This document shows, piece by piece, positions 31,801 to 41,413 of a stretch of 64,000 nt of DNA (its first letter is position 1; each line of letters opens with the position of its first letter). The translations under genes and the position numbers were made by a program. Below the pieces are notes generated by a model. That model searched no databases. It worked only from the letters and a program-made list of their open reading frames with translations, and was not told where the DNA came from. This DNA is from Bryobacterales bacterium (lineage in GTDB: Bacteria; Acidobacteriota; Terriglobia; Bryobacterales; UBA6623): positions 3,136,001 to 3,200,000 of the forward strand of contig OY729428.2 in NCBI GenBank assembly GCA_963422375.2, given 5' to 3'.

Positions 31801-32741
31801 TCGGACTCCGGCACCGTAGGTGGAAAGAGGTTGTCTGTCTCCGAAAAACCTTGAAGCGTGGCAACGTCACGGACAGTGAGTCTCCGGATTACCCATTTGT
31901 CTTGGACAAATGGAACGTTGTGTCCGCCAACACCCATGTTGGCCGTTAGCGTTGGACACAGTCCATTCTTTTTTCCCTCACATAAGATCGTCGTAATTGA
32001 TAGATATTATGCAGGTGATGTTCCTGATTTGACTGCATCGAGAACCATTCGATAGTAGCGATTGTTTGACGACAGATAATCGCTAGATTGACCGCGGGTA
32101 GATCGGTCTATGAAATCGTGAATTGATCGCGGAGGATCGGGTTCCATCGAGTTACATTGTGGGTCTACTATCTTGGCCGGGAGGGGGGGCACGGATTACC
32201 TAGAAAGTGCTTACGGTATGCTGCAACCATGAATAACCGACACCTACTCCTGAGGAATTGCTATCACTTCCTTCACATTCACCTTCCAGCATGTGCCTTC
32301 GCGAAACCAGTATCCGGCCTCTCGAAGTCACCTCCTGACAGTCGCGAACCACTCGCCTTCACCTCCATGCATAAGATGGGGAACATTCTCTAATGCGACA
32401 AGTCGTGGTTTTATCTCTGGTTTCATCTGCTCGAGAAGACGAGGGATCTCGTGGAATAGCTTGCCACGTTCATCTCCAAATCCTCGACGGCTTCCGGCTT
32501 GAGAAAAGCTCTGGCAAGGGAATCCAGCGATGAGCGCATCAACCTGATCGAGGCTATCTTCGTCTACTCGCAGTTCAGTAGCAGATTTCTGAAACACCCT
32601 AGCGCTTGGGAATCGATGACTAAAGGTCGTGCAAGCATGGCAGTCAACATCGTTCGCCCACCGGATGTCGAATCCGGCTGTCGCAAATCCTGTGGCAAAG
32701 CCTCCCATCCCGCAAAATAGACAGCCTACTGATAACGCCAT
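31800..32741 (-). pseudogene. C5-cytosine DNA methyltransferase pseudogene
   Basis: LFCGMGG (I), AGFPCQSFS (IV), LENV (VI), PQ..RLFMV (VIII), CPTLTANMGVGGHNVP (TRD), IRRLT..LQGF (IX). Stops and frameshifts; motif X removed at the IS junction; low GC. Confidence 0.9.
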
Positions 32742-33130
32742 GCTGGAACCCGAGTCACAAGGATACCTGACTGCGAACTTGGATGTCAAGCCACCGATGC
32801 TGGTTGGTCGGCATGGGCCCGAGGGTGATCGAACCTAAGCAGGGCCGCTGGGGGCTGTCGGCACCTCGGTGTGGATGCCGAATCGAACGCGCACGAGACG
32901 ATGCGTGGTAACCGAATGCACAACACGGGATCACGGAAACAGAGAGAATCGCTAGTGCTCCCTCCCCACAAGTGGCCTCCCCCTAGGTGGCGATCACAGC
33001 GCGGTAGCCCGCAACCTGTCACCGGTGTCTGTTCGGTCGACCGAGACACACGCTGGTCGTCCGCGCGCTCACCGGCCTCGTGAACCAGTTGTCGAGACCG
33101 TCGCCAGCAACATAGCATAATGGGCTGTAG

Positions 33131-34105
33131 ATGCTTCGTCACGACTGGACTTCGGACGAGCTCCGGCAGATCCACGACTTGCCCCTGCCGGACCTTCTCT
33201 TCCGGGCTCAGACCGCGCACCGCAAGTACCACGACCCACAGGCTGTCCAAGGCTGCGCCCTGCTGAGCATTAAGACCGGCCATTGCCCGGAGGATTGCGC
33301 ATACTGCCCGCAATCGGCGCGCTACAGTACCGGCGTCGAGCCGCAGAGGCTTCTCTCCGTCGATGAAACGCTGGCCAAGGCAAGAGCTGCGCAGGAGAAC
33401 GGCGCGACGCGCTTCTGCATGGGAGCCGCCTGGCGGGACGCTCCGCAAGGCTCGGAATTCGACCAAGTCGTGGAAATGGTTCGGGGCGTCCGCGCGCTCG
33501 GCATGGAGGCCTGCTGCACGCTCGGCATGCTGGACCAGCAGCAAGCCGACCGTCTGGCCGAGGCCGGGCTTACCGCCTACAACCACAACCTAGACACGAG
33601 CCCCGAGTTCTACGGCGCGATCATCACGACCCGCAACTACCGGGACCGTCTCGACACCCTCGCGAGAGTGCGAAGGAGCGGCGTCACCCTGTGTTCCGGA
33701 GGGATCATCGGGATGGGCGAGAGCGTGGACGACCGTTTGGGCCTGCTGCTCCAGATCGCCCGCCAGAACCCTCATCCGGAGAGCGTGCCGATCAACAGCT
33801 TGGTCCGTGTCGAGGGAACGCCGCTGCAAGACCTGCCCCCGGTCAGAGCACTGGACTTCGCTCGGGTCATCGCCACGGCCCGGGTCGCGATGCCGGCGTC
33901 GATCGTGCGACTCTCGGCGGGACGCCTAGAGCTGTCGGAGGAGGGGCAGGCACTGTGCTTCCTCGCAGGGGCGAATTCGGTCTTCCTCGGGGATCGCTTG
34001 CTTACTACGCCAAACCCGGACGCGTCGGAAGACGAGCGGCTCCTCGGGCGGATGGGCATGCGACTCTGCACCACTTCTCTGACCGAGGCCACCCCCCACC
34101 ACTGA
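33131..34105 (+). CDS. bioB: biotin synthase
   Basis: SIKTGHCPEDCAYCPQS, RFCMGAAW, YNHNLDTS, CSGGIIGMGE, PESVPIN, VRLSAGR, AGANS. Confidence 0.97.
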   Translation: MLRHDWTSDELRQIHDLPLPDLLFRAQTAHRKYHDPQAVQGCALLSIKTGHCPEDCAYCPQSARYSTGVEPQRLLSVDETLAKARAAQENGATRFCMGAAWRDAPQGSEFDQVVEMVRGVRALGMEACCTLGMLDQQQADRLAEAGLTAYNHNLDTSPEFYGAIITTRNYRDRLDTLARVRRSGVTLCSGGIIGMGESVDDRLGLLLQIARQNPHPESVPINSLVRVEGTPLQDLPPVRALDFARVIATARVAMPASIVRLSAGRLELSEEGQALCFLAGANSVFLGDRLLTTPNPDASEDERLLGRMGMRLCTTSLTEATPHH

Positions 34106-34130
34106 GGGCGGCCGACGGTCCACCCAACGC

Positions 34131-35294
34131 ATGGCGCAGAGTCGGAGTCAACGCACTGCCTCGGTGCTCGAGGAGCGTGTCCGGACCAGGATGGACGGGC
34201 TGGCAGCGAGGGGACTCAGACGAACACTCGAAGAGCCGTCCGGCATCGACCTTTGCTCGAATGACTATCTCGGATTCGCCAGCCATCCCAGGATTCGCCG
34301 CCGCTTCTCGGCAGCGGCCGACTCACTGGGAGTCGGATCGACAGGCTCGCGCTTGCTGCGGGGGCACCGCGCCTCATTCCGAGCGGTCGAGGAGCGGTTC
34401 GCACTTCTCAAGGGCACGCCGGCGGCGTTGTTCCTAGGCAGCGGCTGGGCGGCGAACATCGCAGTGCTCTCGTCGTTCCCGGAGAGCGGCGACATCGTTT
34501 TCTCGGACCAGCTGAATCATGCGAGCTTGGTCGACGGTATGCGCCTGTCGAGGGCGAAGCGCGTGATCTTCCCCCACTGCGACGCAGTCGCGCTGTCGCG
34601 CCTGCTCGAGACCGAACGGTGCTCCGGCCAGAGGTTCGTGGTCACAGAGTCGCTGTTCAGCATGGACGGCGACGTCGCGCCGCTGCGGCATTACGCCGAA
34701 TTGCAGGAACGCCACGGGTTCGTTCTCATCGTCGACGAGGCGCATGCCGTGGGAGTCTACGGAGCGACCGGCAGCGGGCTGATCGAGGAGGCAGGGTGCT
34801 CGGGAAGCGTGTTCGCGTCAGTCAACTCCGCCGGTAAGGCCCTCGGTGTGTGCGGAGCGTTCGTCTGCGGTCCGGCCTGGGCGGCCGAATACCTTGTCCA
34901 AGCGGCACGGCCGTTCGTGTTCTCGACAGCGCCGCCGCCGGCTGTCGCGGAGGCCATCGACGAGGCGCTTTCCCTGCTGGAGAAGTCCGGCGATCTCAGG
35001 TCAGGCGTGCGCCAGTTCGGGGCGTCGCTGCGGAAGGCCATCGGCGCGGACCCGGGAGACTCCCCGATCGTCCCTGTCATTCTTGGCGGCAACCAGGAGG
35101 CTGTCCGGGCAGCGAGCCGTCTTCGCGAGGCCGGATACGACGTTCGGGCGATCCGCCCTCCCACCGTGCCGGAGGGGACGGCTCGGCTGCGGGTCTCGCT
35201 GAACGCGCTTCTCGCCCCCAAAGATCTCGCGGAGTTCGCCAGCGCGCTGAACGACGTGCTGAAGGACTGTAGGCTGTGCGCGGACTTTTCGTAA
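34131..35294 (+). CDS. bioF: 8-amino-7-oxononanoate synthase
   Basis: SNDYLG, GSRLLRG, SDQLNHASLVDG, ESLFSMDGD, VDEAHA, GKALG, IRPPTVP. Confidence 0.95.
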   Translation: MAQSRSQRTASVLEERVRTRMDGLAARGLRRTLEEPSGIDLCSNDYLGFASHPRIRRRFSAAADSLGVGSTGSRLLRGHRASFRAVEERFALLKGTPAALFLGSGWAANIAVLSSFPESGDIVFSDQLNHASLVDGMRLSRAKRVIFPHCDAVALSRLLETERCSGQRFVVTESLFSMDGDVAPLRHYAELQERHGFVLIVDEAHAVGVYGATGSGLIEEAGCSGSVFASVNSAGKALGVCGAFVCGPAWAAEYLVQAARPFVFSTAPPPAVAEAIDEALSLLEKSGDLRSGVRQFGASLRKAIGADPGDSPIVPVILGGNQEAVRAASRLREAGYDVRAIRPPTVPEGTARLRVSLNALLAPKDLAEFASALNDVLKDCRLCADFS

Positions 35295-35962
35295 CCGGCA
35301 CCGACACCGGCATCGGCAAGACGGTCGTCGCGAGCGTCCTCGTCGCGGCCTTGCGGAAATCGGGCCGCGCAGGCTACTGGAAGCCCGTCCAGACCGGCAT
35401 CGAGCAGGACGACGACACGGCGGAGGTGCGTCGGCTGGCCCGCTGCTCGAGCGCGGAAATCATCGATTCGGGGATCCGCCTACCGCGCCCGCTCTCGCCG
35501 CACCTGTCGGCCCGGCTGGCCGGTCGCGAATTCGCCATCAGCGACCTGACAGCCGTCGCCGGGCGCCTTTCCCGGGACCGCTTCTGGATCGTGGAGGGGG
35601 CCGGAGGGGTGCTGGTGCCACTCAACGACCGCGAGACGATGGCCGGCCTGATCTCCGCGCTGGGACTGCCCGCTCTGATCGCGTCGCGGTCGGGCCTAGG
35701 CACGATCAACCACACCCTGCTGACGCTATCCGAGCTCCGGGCGCGAGCCATTCCAGTGGCCGGAGTCGTCATGGTCGGCAAGCTGAACGCCCCAAACCGC
35801 GAGGCCATCGAACGCTACGGCCGTACCGAGGTCCTGGCCGAGATTCCGACTATTCCGGGCCTAGGTCCCGAGTCCGTCGAAGAACTCGCCGACGGCTTGG
35901 CAAAGCGCCTCAGCGGCTTCCGCGACGCCGCGCAATGCCGGGTCGGCCGTCCGGGCGTATGA
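35276..35962 (+). CDS. bioD: dethiobiotin synthase
   Basis: FVTGTDTGIGKT, YWKPVQTG, VEGAGG, LGTINHTLLT. Confidence 0.95.
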   Translation: MRGLFVTGTDTGIGKTVVASVLVAALRKSGRAGYWKPVQTGIEQDDDTAEVRRLARCSSAEIIDSGIRLPRPLSPHLSARLAGREFAISDLTAVAGRLSRDRFWIVEGAGGVLVPLNDRETMAGLISALGLPALIASRSGLGTINHTLLTLSELRARAIPVAGVVMVGKLNAPNREAIERYGRTEVLAEIPTIPGLGPESVEELADGLAKRLSGFRDAAQCRVGRPGV

Positions 35963-35974
35963 TGGAATCTGTCC

Positions 35975-36172
35975 ATGTTCGGTTCCTCGGCGACCATCAA
36001 GCTGGACAAGGCCCTCTTCGAGCGCGTCAAGCGCTGTGCCGACGCTGCCGGGTACTCGTCCCCCCGGGAGTTCGTCGAGCACGTCATCGAGAAGGAGCTG
36101 GCCCGGATCGAGGAAGGCGCCTCGGACGAGGAAATCATGAAGAAGCTTCAGGGCCTGGGCTACATCGAATAG
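35975..36172 (+). CDS. small ribbon-helix-helix-like protein with C-terminal LxxLGY tail
   Basis: TIKL strand, helix, GYSS turn, EFV..I helix; ends KLQGLGYIE; GC3-rich codon usage. Confidence 0.75.
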   Translation: MFGSSATIKLDKALFERVKRCADAAGYSSPREFVEHVIEKELARIEEGASDEEIMKKLQGLGYIE

Positions 36173-36185
36173 CGCGGAACCCGCG

Positions 36186-37001
36186 GTGATCATCGACGTC
36201 TTCAACGCGATGCTGCGGGCGCTAGTGGCCGGCTACGTCGGCCAGTTCGGATTCCTCGATCCCCTCGTCGGCCTGGTAATCGCCTCGGTGCTCGTCGGCG
36301 TCGCCATGTTGTGGGTTGTCGGGAGAACCTCCGATCAAGGCGCCATCATCCGTGCCAGGAAGCGAATGCAGGCGCGCCTGCTCGAGATGAGGCTCTACCG
36401 GGACGAACCGGGGCTGATTCTGCGCGCCCAAGGCAACTTGCTCCTCGAGAACTCGCGCTACGTCGGGCACATGCTGCGCCCCGCCCTCTTCCTCGCCCTG
36501 CCGATGGTTGTCCTCTACGCGCACTTCGACGCGGTGTACGGCCGCCGGCCGCTACGAGTCGGCGAGACCGCCCTGCTCTCGGCAGAAACGGAGCTCGAGG
36601 CAAGCGACCTCGCGCTGTCCGGGACGGGCCCGCTAGAGGTGGACAGCGTGCCGGTGAGCACGGCGGCCGGCGGCGAGATTGTCTGGCGGGTCCGGGCCAA
36701 GGAGGACGGACTCGGGTCCCTTGCCCTGGAGACGCCGCACGGAACCGTTGTCAAGGCTGCGGAGGCAGGGGACGCGCTGTCCTACGTCTCGGCCACCCGG
36801 GCCAACTCCTGGTGGCGAAGGCTCTTGCTCGCGCCCGGGGAGAGCGGCTACGAGACCGAATCTGTCGTGAGCGTCAGCATCGGCTACCCGTCGCGCGAGA
36901 TCGGCGCGCTCGGATGGGACACGCACTGGGCAGTGTGGTTTCTCGCGGTCTCGCTGGCGTCGGCCTACCTGCTGAAGGGATTGTTCGGCGTGGCGCTGTA
37001 A
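36186..37001 (+). CDS. three-TM membrane protein, DUF106/EMC3/TMCO1-like (Oxa1 superfamily candidate)
   Basis: TM1, then SDQ and a basic helical hairpin, then LRPALFLALP TM2, a beta-rich loop and HWAVWFLAVSL..LLKGLFGV TM3. The CDS itself is well supported; the family call is tentative. Confidence 0.7.
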   Translation: MIIDVFNAMLRALVAGYVGQFGFLDPLVGLVIASVLVGVAMLWVVGRTSDQGAIIRARKRMQARLLEMRLYRDEPGLILRAQGNLLLENSRYVGHMLRPALFLALPMVVLYAHFDAVYGRRPLRVGETALLSAETELEASDLALSGTGPLEVDSVPVSTAAGGEIVWRVRAKEDGLGSLALETPHGTVVKAAEAGDALSYVSATRANSWWRRLLLAPGESGYETESVVSVSIGYPSREIGALGWDTHWAVWFLAVSLASAYLLKGLFGVAL

Positions 37002-37097
37002 GCCGGGGCGTATTCCGCCTGGGCCCGGCGCCTGCTCCCCGGCCCGAGACCCCGATAAGCTACACTGCGGGATTCCGTCGCGCCGGAAGCGAGTGCC

Positions 37098-37967
37098 GTG
37101 CCCGTCCGACATCGAGCTCACGTCCTCTGCGTCGGCACGGGATTCCTCGACACTAGGCTCTGCGTCGAGCGGTTTCCGCCGGTGCGCCATCGCGAGAACG
37201 CATTGAAGCGCTACGACGCGCTCGGAGGGCCCGCTGCCGTGGGGGCCGTGGCCGTCGCGCGGCTCGGCGGCTCGGCGGCGTTCTGGGGCCGGCGCGGCAC
37301 CGACCCCGCAGGCGACCGCATCGCCAGCCTGCTTGCCGCGCAGGGCGTCGACACCGGGGGATATCGCGCGTTCCCCGGCACGAGCCCGACCTGCGAGGTA
37401 TTCATTCCGCCTGACGGCGATCGGTTTCTATTCCCCTACCTCGGCGAAGGTCTTCCTCCGGACGCGGGCTGGATCCCTGACCAAGTGATCGACAGGGCCG
37501 ACGCCGTCCTGATTGACGGGCGCTGGCCCGAGGGCGGGCTCCGTGTAGCCGCGCAAGCCGCCCGGAGAGGCATTCCGGTCGTGCATGACTTCGACCAGGA
37601 CCGGCCCGAAATCTGGGAGATTGCCGGCGCGTCGACCCACGCAATCGCCGACGAGGATCTCGCGATCGCCCACGGGGGAGTGAATGCCCTGCTGGGCAGA
37701 ATCGAGGCGCTCGGCACGTGGGGGGCGGTCACTCTGGGCGCGCGAGGCGTGGCATTCCGGGGCGGCCGGATACGGTCGTTTCCGGTTACGGTCGTGGACA
37801 GCACCGGGGCCGGGGACGTGTTCCACGGAGCTTTCGCGCTGGCGATGGCGCAGGGCCGCGCCGAGACGGACGCCCTACGCTTCGGGTGCGCAGCGGGAGC
37901 TCTGCACTGCAAGCTCGGCCGAGTGCCGGAGCTCCGCGAGGTCCAGGGGCTGCTCGGCTCCGACTGA
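37098..37967 (+). CDS. PfkB family carbohydrate kinase
   Basis: GGPAAVGAVAVARLG, G.D.AG, VTLGARG, VVDSTGAGDVFHGAFA. Confidence 0.92.
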   Translation: MPVRHRAHVLCVGTGFLDTRLCVERFPPVRHRENALKRYDALGGPAAVGAVAVARLGGSAAFWGRRGTDPAGDRIASLLAAQGVDTGGYRAFPGTSPTCEVFIPPDGDRFLFPYLGEGLPPDAGWIPDQVIDRADAVLIDGRWPEGGLRVAAQAARRGIPVVHDFDQDRPEIWEIAGASTHAIADEDLAIAHGGVNALLGRIEALGTWGAVTLGARGVAFRGGRIRSFPVTVVDSTGAGDVFHGAFALAMAQGRAETDALRFGCAAGALHCKLGRVPELREVQGLLGSD

Positions 37968-37977
37968 AATCCCGCTG

Positions 37978-40900
37978 CTACCGTACCGGGAGCAGCACCG
38001 CATTGCTCGAGGCGCCGCCGACTCTCACGTGCAGGGGAAGTGCGCCGGCCGCGGCGCTTGCGGGGACCACCGCGGTGACCGTGTAGACTCCGGCCGCCTC
38101 GGTCGCGAGTCCGGAGGAGATCACCTGCGCCGGCGAGCCGGCGATCAAGACCTGAGGGCGGTTAACCGTCCGTACCAGCGTCTCGGGGACCGCGCCGGTC
38201 GGCACGGGCACGATGACCGGGCCGTTGCCCGTCATCGCGATGGTCACAGCCTGGCCCCGCCGAGCGGGCGACTCCGGAGTGACCAAGTTGCCATCCGGGA
38301 GATGGGCCACAGCGAAGAACCGGCCGCCCGATTCGTAGCTGAAGATTCCCGGATCGACTTCGGCGATCTCGATTTCGAATGGGTCGGACCGGTTCCCGCT
38401 CGTGACGCTGACGTAGGCCCGTCGGACCCCGGCCAGTTCCCAAGGGACCTGCACCGTCACGGTTTCCGGGCCGACGGAGTGGATCCTGCCCGCCGCGCTG
38501 ACGCCATCGTCGGGAGCGTCGAAGGCCACCTGTACGCCCTTTCGAGACACAGGCATCCGTGGCGGCAGGGGCGGACTGGCCTCTCCCGAGTGGAACGCGG
38601 CGAAGCCGGATCCGGCAAGGGCTACGAGCGATCCCGCGGCGACGCCGCTGGGCGAGGACAGAGACGCGCTGTTGGCGACCGAACTGACTCTCGGGCTACT
38701 CGCGGACGCCTCGAAGGCGAACGGAATCTCGAGGTCGCCGATCGTCGCCCGCACTGCTTGGAGGCCCGGCTCCCCTGCGTATCTAACGGACGCGTAGATC
38801 AGGCCTCCCTCCCCGCTCATCGTCCATGTGTCAAGGATGCGCGGCTCGCCTTCCAGCGGTTGGAAGGACACCCGGCGGCCTTCGACGGGCACGCCGTGCT
38901 GGTCCAGCACGCGAGCGAGCAGGGTCTTCGTCGCCGCTTGGCCTGCGATGCCCACGTCGGACCGGCCTCGGAAGCGCAAGGCGTCGAAGGGCTCGCCGTC
39001 GCCCACGATGTACAGGTACGGGATGAAGGCTGCGCGCTGACCGTCGCGGCTGGCGAGCCGCAAGCGGCCTTCGTAGGCTCCGGGAAGGGGACGGGGCCCG
39101 GTGAGCGCGACTTGGATCCGGGCGGTCCTGTCAGGCCCCACGCCGAATGCCGCCGACGTCCGGCCATTGACCGTCACTCGTGCCCTCGGATCCACATCCC
39201 GCGGCTCGACCGTGAGCGTGAACTGCTGGTGCCGGCCCGATTTGTTCGAGACCGCCAGCGTCCGGCGGATCGGAAACGGCGAATTCGGTATCGAACCGAA
39301 TCCGATGGACGCCGGCACGACGACGGCGTCGAACTGGAGCGCGGCGGGAATGTCAAGCAAGCCGGCGCCGGACAGAACCAGGGGCCAAGCCTTGCCGTCC
39401 TCGAGTAGAAGCGGCCGCGCCGAGTTCACTAGCGCCGAACCAACCTGCCTCGCGCCTAGGGTCGGAAACGCCTGCCACACCAAGGCGGCCGCGCCGGCCA
39501 CCACCGGCGCGGCCAGGCTGGTGCCGCCTTCGGTGCGGAAGCCGCTGGGCGTGTACAGGATGCCGTTGGCGTTATAGCGCGGGGCCGCCGTGAGAACGAC
39601 CTCTCCCGGCGCAACCAGATCCGGCTTCGGATGCAGGGAGAGCGTCGGACCGATCGAACTCTTGGACGCGACGTATTCCCATTCCGCGTCGGAAGCGATG
39701 GGCGTCGGATCCAGCGTCAGGGGTTCGTGTGTCTCGGATATCGCCTGGCGGATCGCGACGCCGTCGCTGAGGCCGACGAAGAAGGCGGGGATGTCGGTGT
39801 CACCGAGGAGCGCCATGTCCACGAGTTCGTCGCCCTCGTGGTTGATGACGAGCACGCCGACCGCACCGGCCGCATCCGCGTGCTCGACCTTTTCCACGAA
39901 GAAGCACTCGCTGCGGTCGATTACCGCGATCCGCCCGAGAAACGCCCCCGCGGGAAACGGCGCGCACCCGAGCGGATCCCCGACATCCGGGGCGAGGACC
40001 GCCGGCGCGGCCAGCGGGCCGGCTGCGTGCGGTCCGGAGCCGCTAAGCGCCCTGAACGTCCGCGCGCCGACGCGCACGGATTCCTCCAGCCTGACGGCGT
40101 TCGCGGTACTGCCGACAGTGAGGACCGCCGGCGCGGTGCCCGGCGAATTGATGGTGGTCGGCGACAGAATCGAATACAGCCCCATCCCGCCGCGATTGCC
40201 GGCCGCGACCACGACCACCTTGCCGAAGTTGACGGCGGCGTTCTGGGCGGCCGTAGCGAGCGGATCGCAGCGTGCGGTGCGGAGCCCTCTGCAATCCCAC
40301 CCCGATGGATAGTAGACCGGGTGACCCAAGCTCAGATTGAGCACGTCCATGCCGTCGCTTACGGCATCCTCGATCGCCATCACGACCGCGTGATCCGCCG
40401 TGTAGAAGTTCAAGCCGGGTGTCCCGAAGACCTTGTAGACTCCGATTCGCGCCTTGGGCGCGATGCCGCTGATCGGCCCCAGCGGCCCGTCAACCTCCCT
40501 GCCGGCGGCGATCATCGCGACAGCTGTGCCGTGACCCGCCGGGTCCCACGGGGAGTAGTCATCGGGCGTCGAGGACTGGACCCCCTTCGAGTTCAGCGAC
40601 TCCACGTAGCTGCGCACCGCGACGACCTTCGTGCTGGCGAGCGAGAGATGCTTCGGGTCTCCCCTGGGATACCCCGGCAGCGGGGTCAGGGATTCGTCCC
40701 GGAACGCCTCGTGGCTGAAATCCAGCCCCGAGTCGATGATGCCGATCTTGATCCCTTCCCCGCGCAGCTGCGTTTCCGCGGGCAGCGCCCGGACCGCTGG
40801 AACGCCCACGATTTCGGAAACCTTCCCCAGCGACGGCTCGTAGCGGCGGCCGGCGGTCAAGCCCGCGACGCCTGGCAGCGAGGCGATCTCGTCCGCCTGG

Positions 40901-41286
40901 TCCGATGTCGCCCGCACGAACACCGCGTTGAGGACGTTGCGCACGGAGCCCACGACCTCGAGCCCCCGCGACTCCAAGTCCTGGATGACGGGATCCTGCG
41001 TCCGTGCGACCGCACGGCGCAGGAGCCCGACGCTAGACGCAGACCGCGGCCTTGGACCGTCTCCGCCGTCGGCGAGAGACCGGCTCAGGCGCTCGCCGAC
41101 GGAGGGCGCGTCGAGCATCACCGTGTAGACGGACGGCCCATCGCGCGACGGAACCGGCTGGGCCGACGCCGCAGGCAATAGCGCGAGAAACGCGAGCAGC
41201 GGGACCGAGCCTGCCAGTAATCGCCGGAAGCCTTCGGGCCCGGTACGGTCGCGGGCAGCGAGGCGCTCCAGCGGCGGCATTCCCAT
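37978..41286 (-). CDS. secreted S8 serine peptidase with PA domain and Solibacter-type C-terminal domain
   Basis: Triad IGIIDSG / GHGTAVA / GTSLAAP; PA domain DRSECFFVEKV; C-terminal VANSAS..VAAGSLV..VQVPWEL..PGIF..GLATEAAGVY. Confidence 0.92.
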   Translation of the reverse strand: MGMPPLERLAARDRTGPEGFRRLLAGSVPLLAFLALLPAASAQPVPSRDGPSVYTVMLDAPSVGERLSRSLADGGDGPRPRSASSVGLLRRAVARTQDPVIQDLESRGLEVVGSVRNVLNAVFVRATSDQADEIASLPGVAGLTAGRRYEPSLGKVSEIVGVPAVRALPAETQLRGEGIKIGIIDSGLDFSHEAFRDESLTPLPGYPRGDPKHLSLASTKVVAVRSYVESLNSKGVQSSTPDDYSPWDPAGHGTAVAMIAAGREVDGPLGPISGIAPKARIGVYKVFGTPGLNFYTADHAVVMAIEDAVSDGMDVLNLSLGHPVYYPSGWDCRGLRTARCDPLATAAQNAAVNFGKVVVVAAGNRGGMGLYSILSPTTINSPGTAPAVLTVGSTANAVRLEESVRVGARTFRALSGSGPHAAGPLAAPAVLAPDVGDPLGCAPFPAGAFLGRIAVIDRSECFFVEKVEHADAAGAVGVLVINHEGDELVDMALLGDTDIPAFFVGLSDGVAIRQAISETHEPLTLDPTPIASDAEWEYVASKSSIGPTLSLHPKPDLVAPGEVVLTAAPRYNANGILYTPSGFRTEGGTSLAAPVVAGAAALVWQAFPTLGARQVGSALVNSARPLLLEDGKAWPLVLSGAGLLDIPAALQFDAVVVPASIGFGSIPNSPFPIRRTLAVSNKSGRHQQFTLTVEPRDVDPRARVTVNGRTSAAFGVGPDRTARIQVALTGPRPLPGAYEGRLRLASRDGQRAAFIPYLYIVGDGEPFDALRFRGRSDVGIAGQAATKTLLARVLDQHGVPVEGRRVSFQPLEGEPRILDTWTMSGEGGLIYASVRYAGEPGLQAVRATIGDLEIPFAFEASASSPRVSSVANSASLSSPSGVAAGSLVALAGSGFAAFHSGEASPPLPPRMPVSRKGVQVAFDAPDDGVSAAGRIHSVGPETVTVQVPWELAGVRRAYVSVTSGNRSDPFEIEIAEVDPGIFSYESGGRFFAVAHLPDGNLVTPESPARRGQAVTIAMTGNGPVIVPVPTGAVPETLVRTVNRPQVLIAGSPAQVISSGLATEAAGVYTVTAVVPASAAAGALPLHVRVGGASSNAVLLPVR

Positions 41287-41413
41287 TGCGGTCTGAATCG
41301 ACGACACGGCCCGCCTGTCAGCGCTCCGCACGCCCGGCCGGATGCCGGTGTGCGATGCTATACCATCGCTTGGACCTAGGACGCCGGGATCCGGCCCCCC
41401 TTCAGTAAACACC

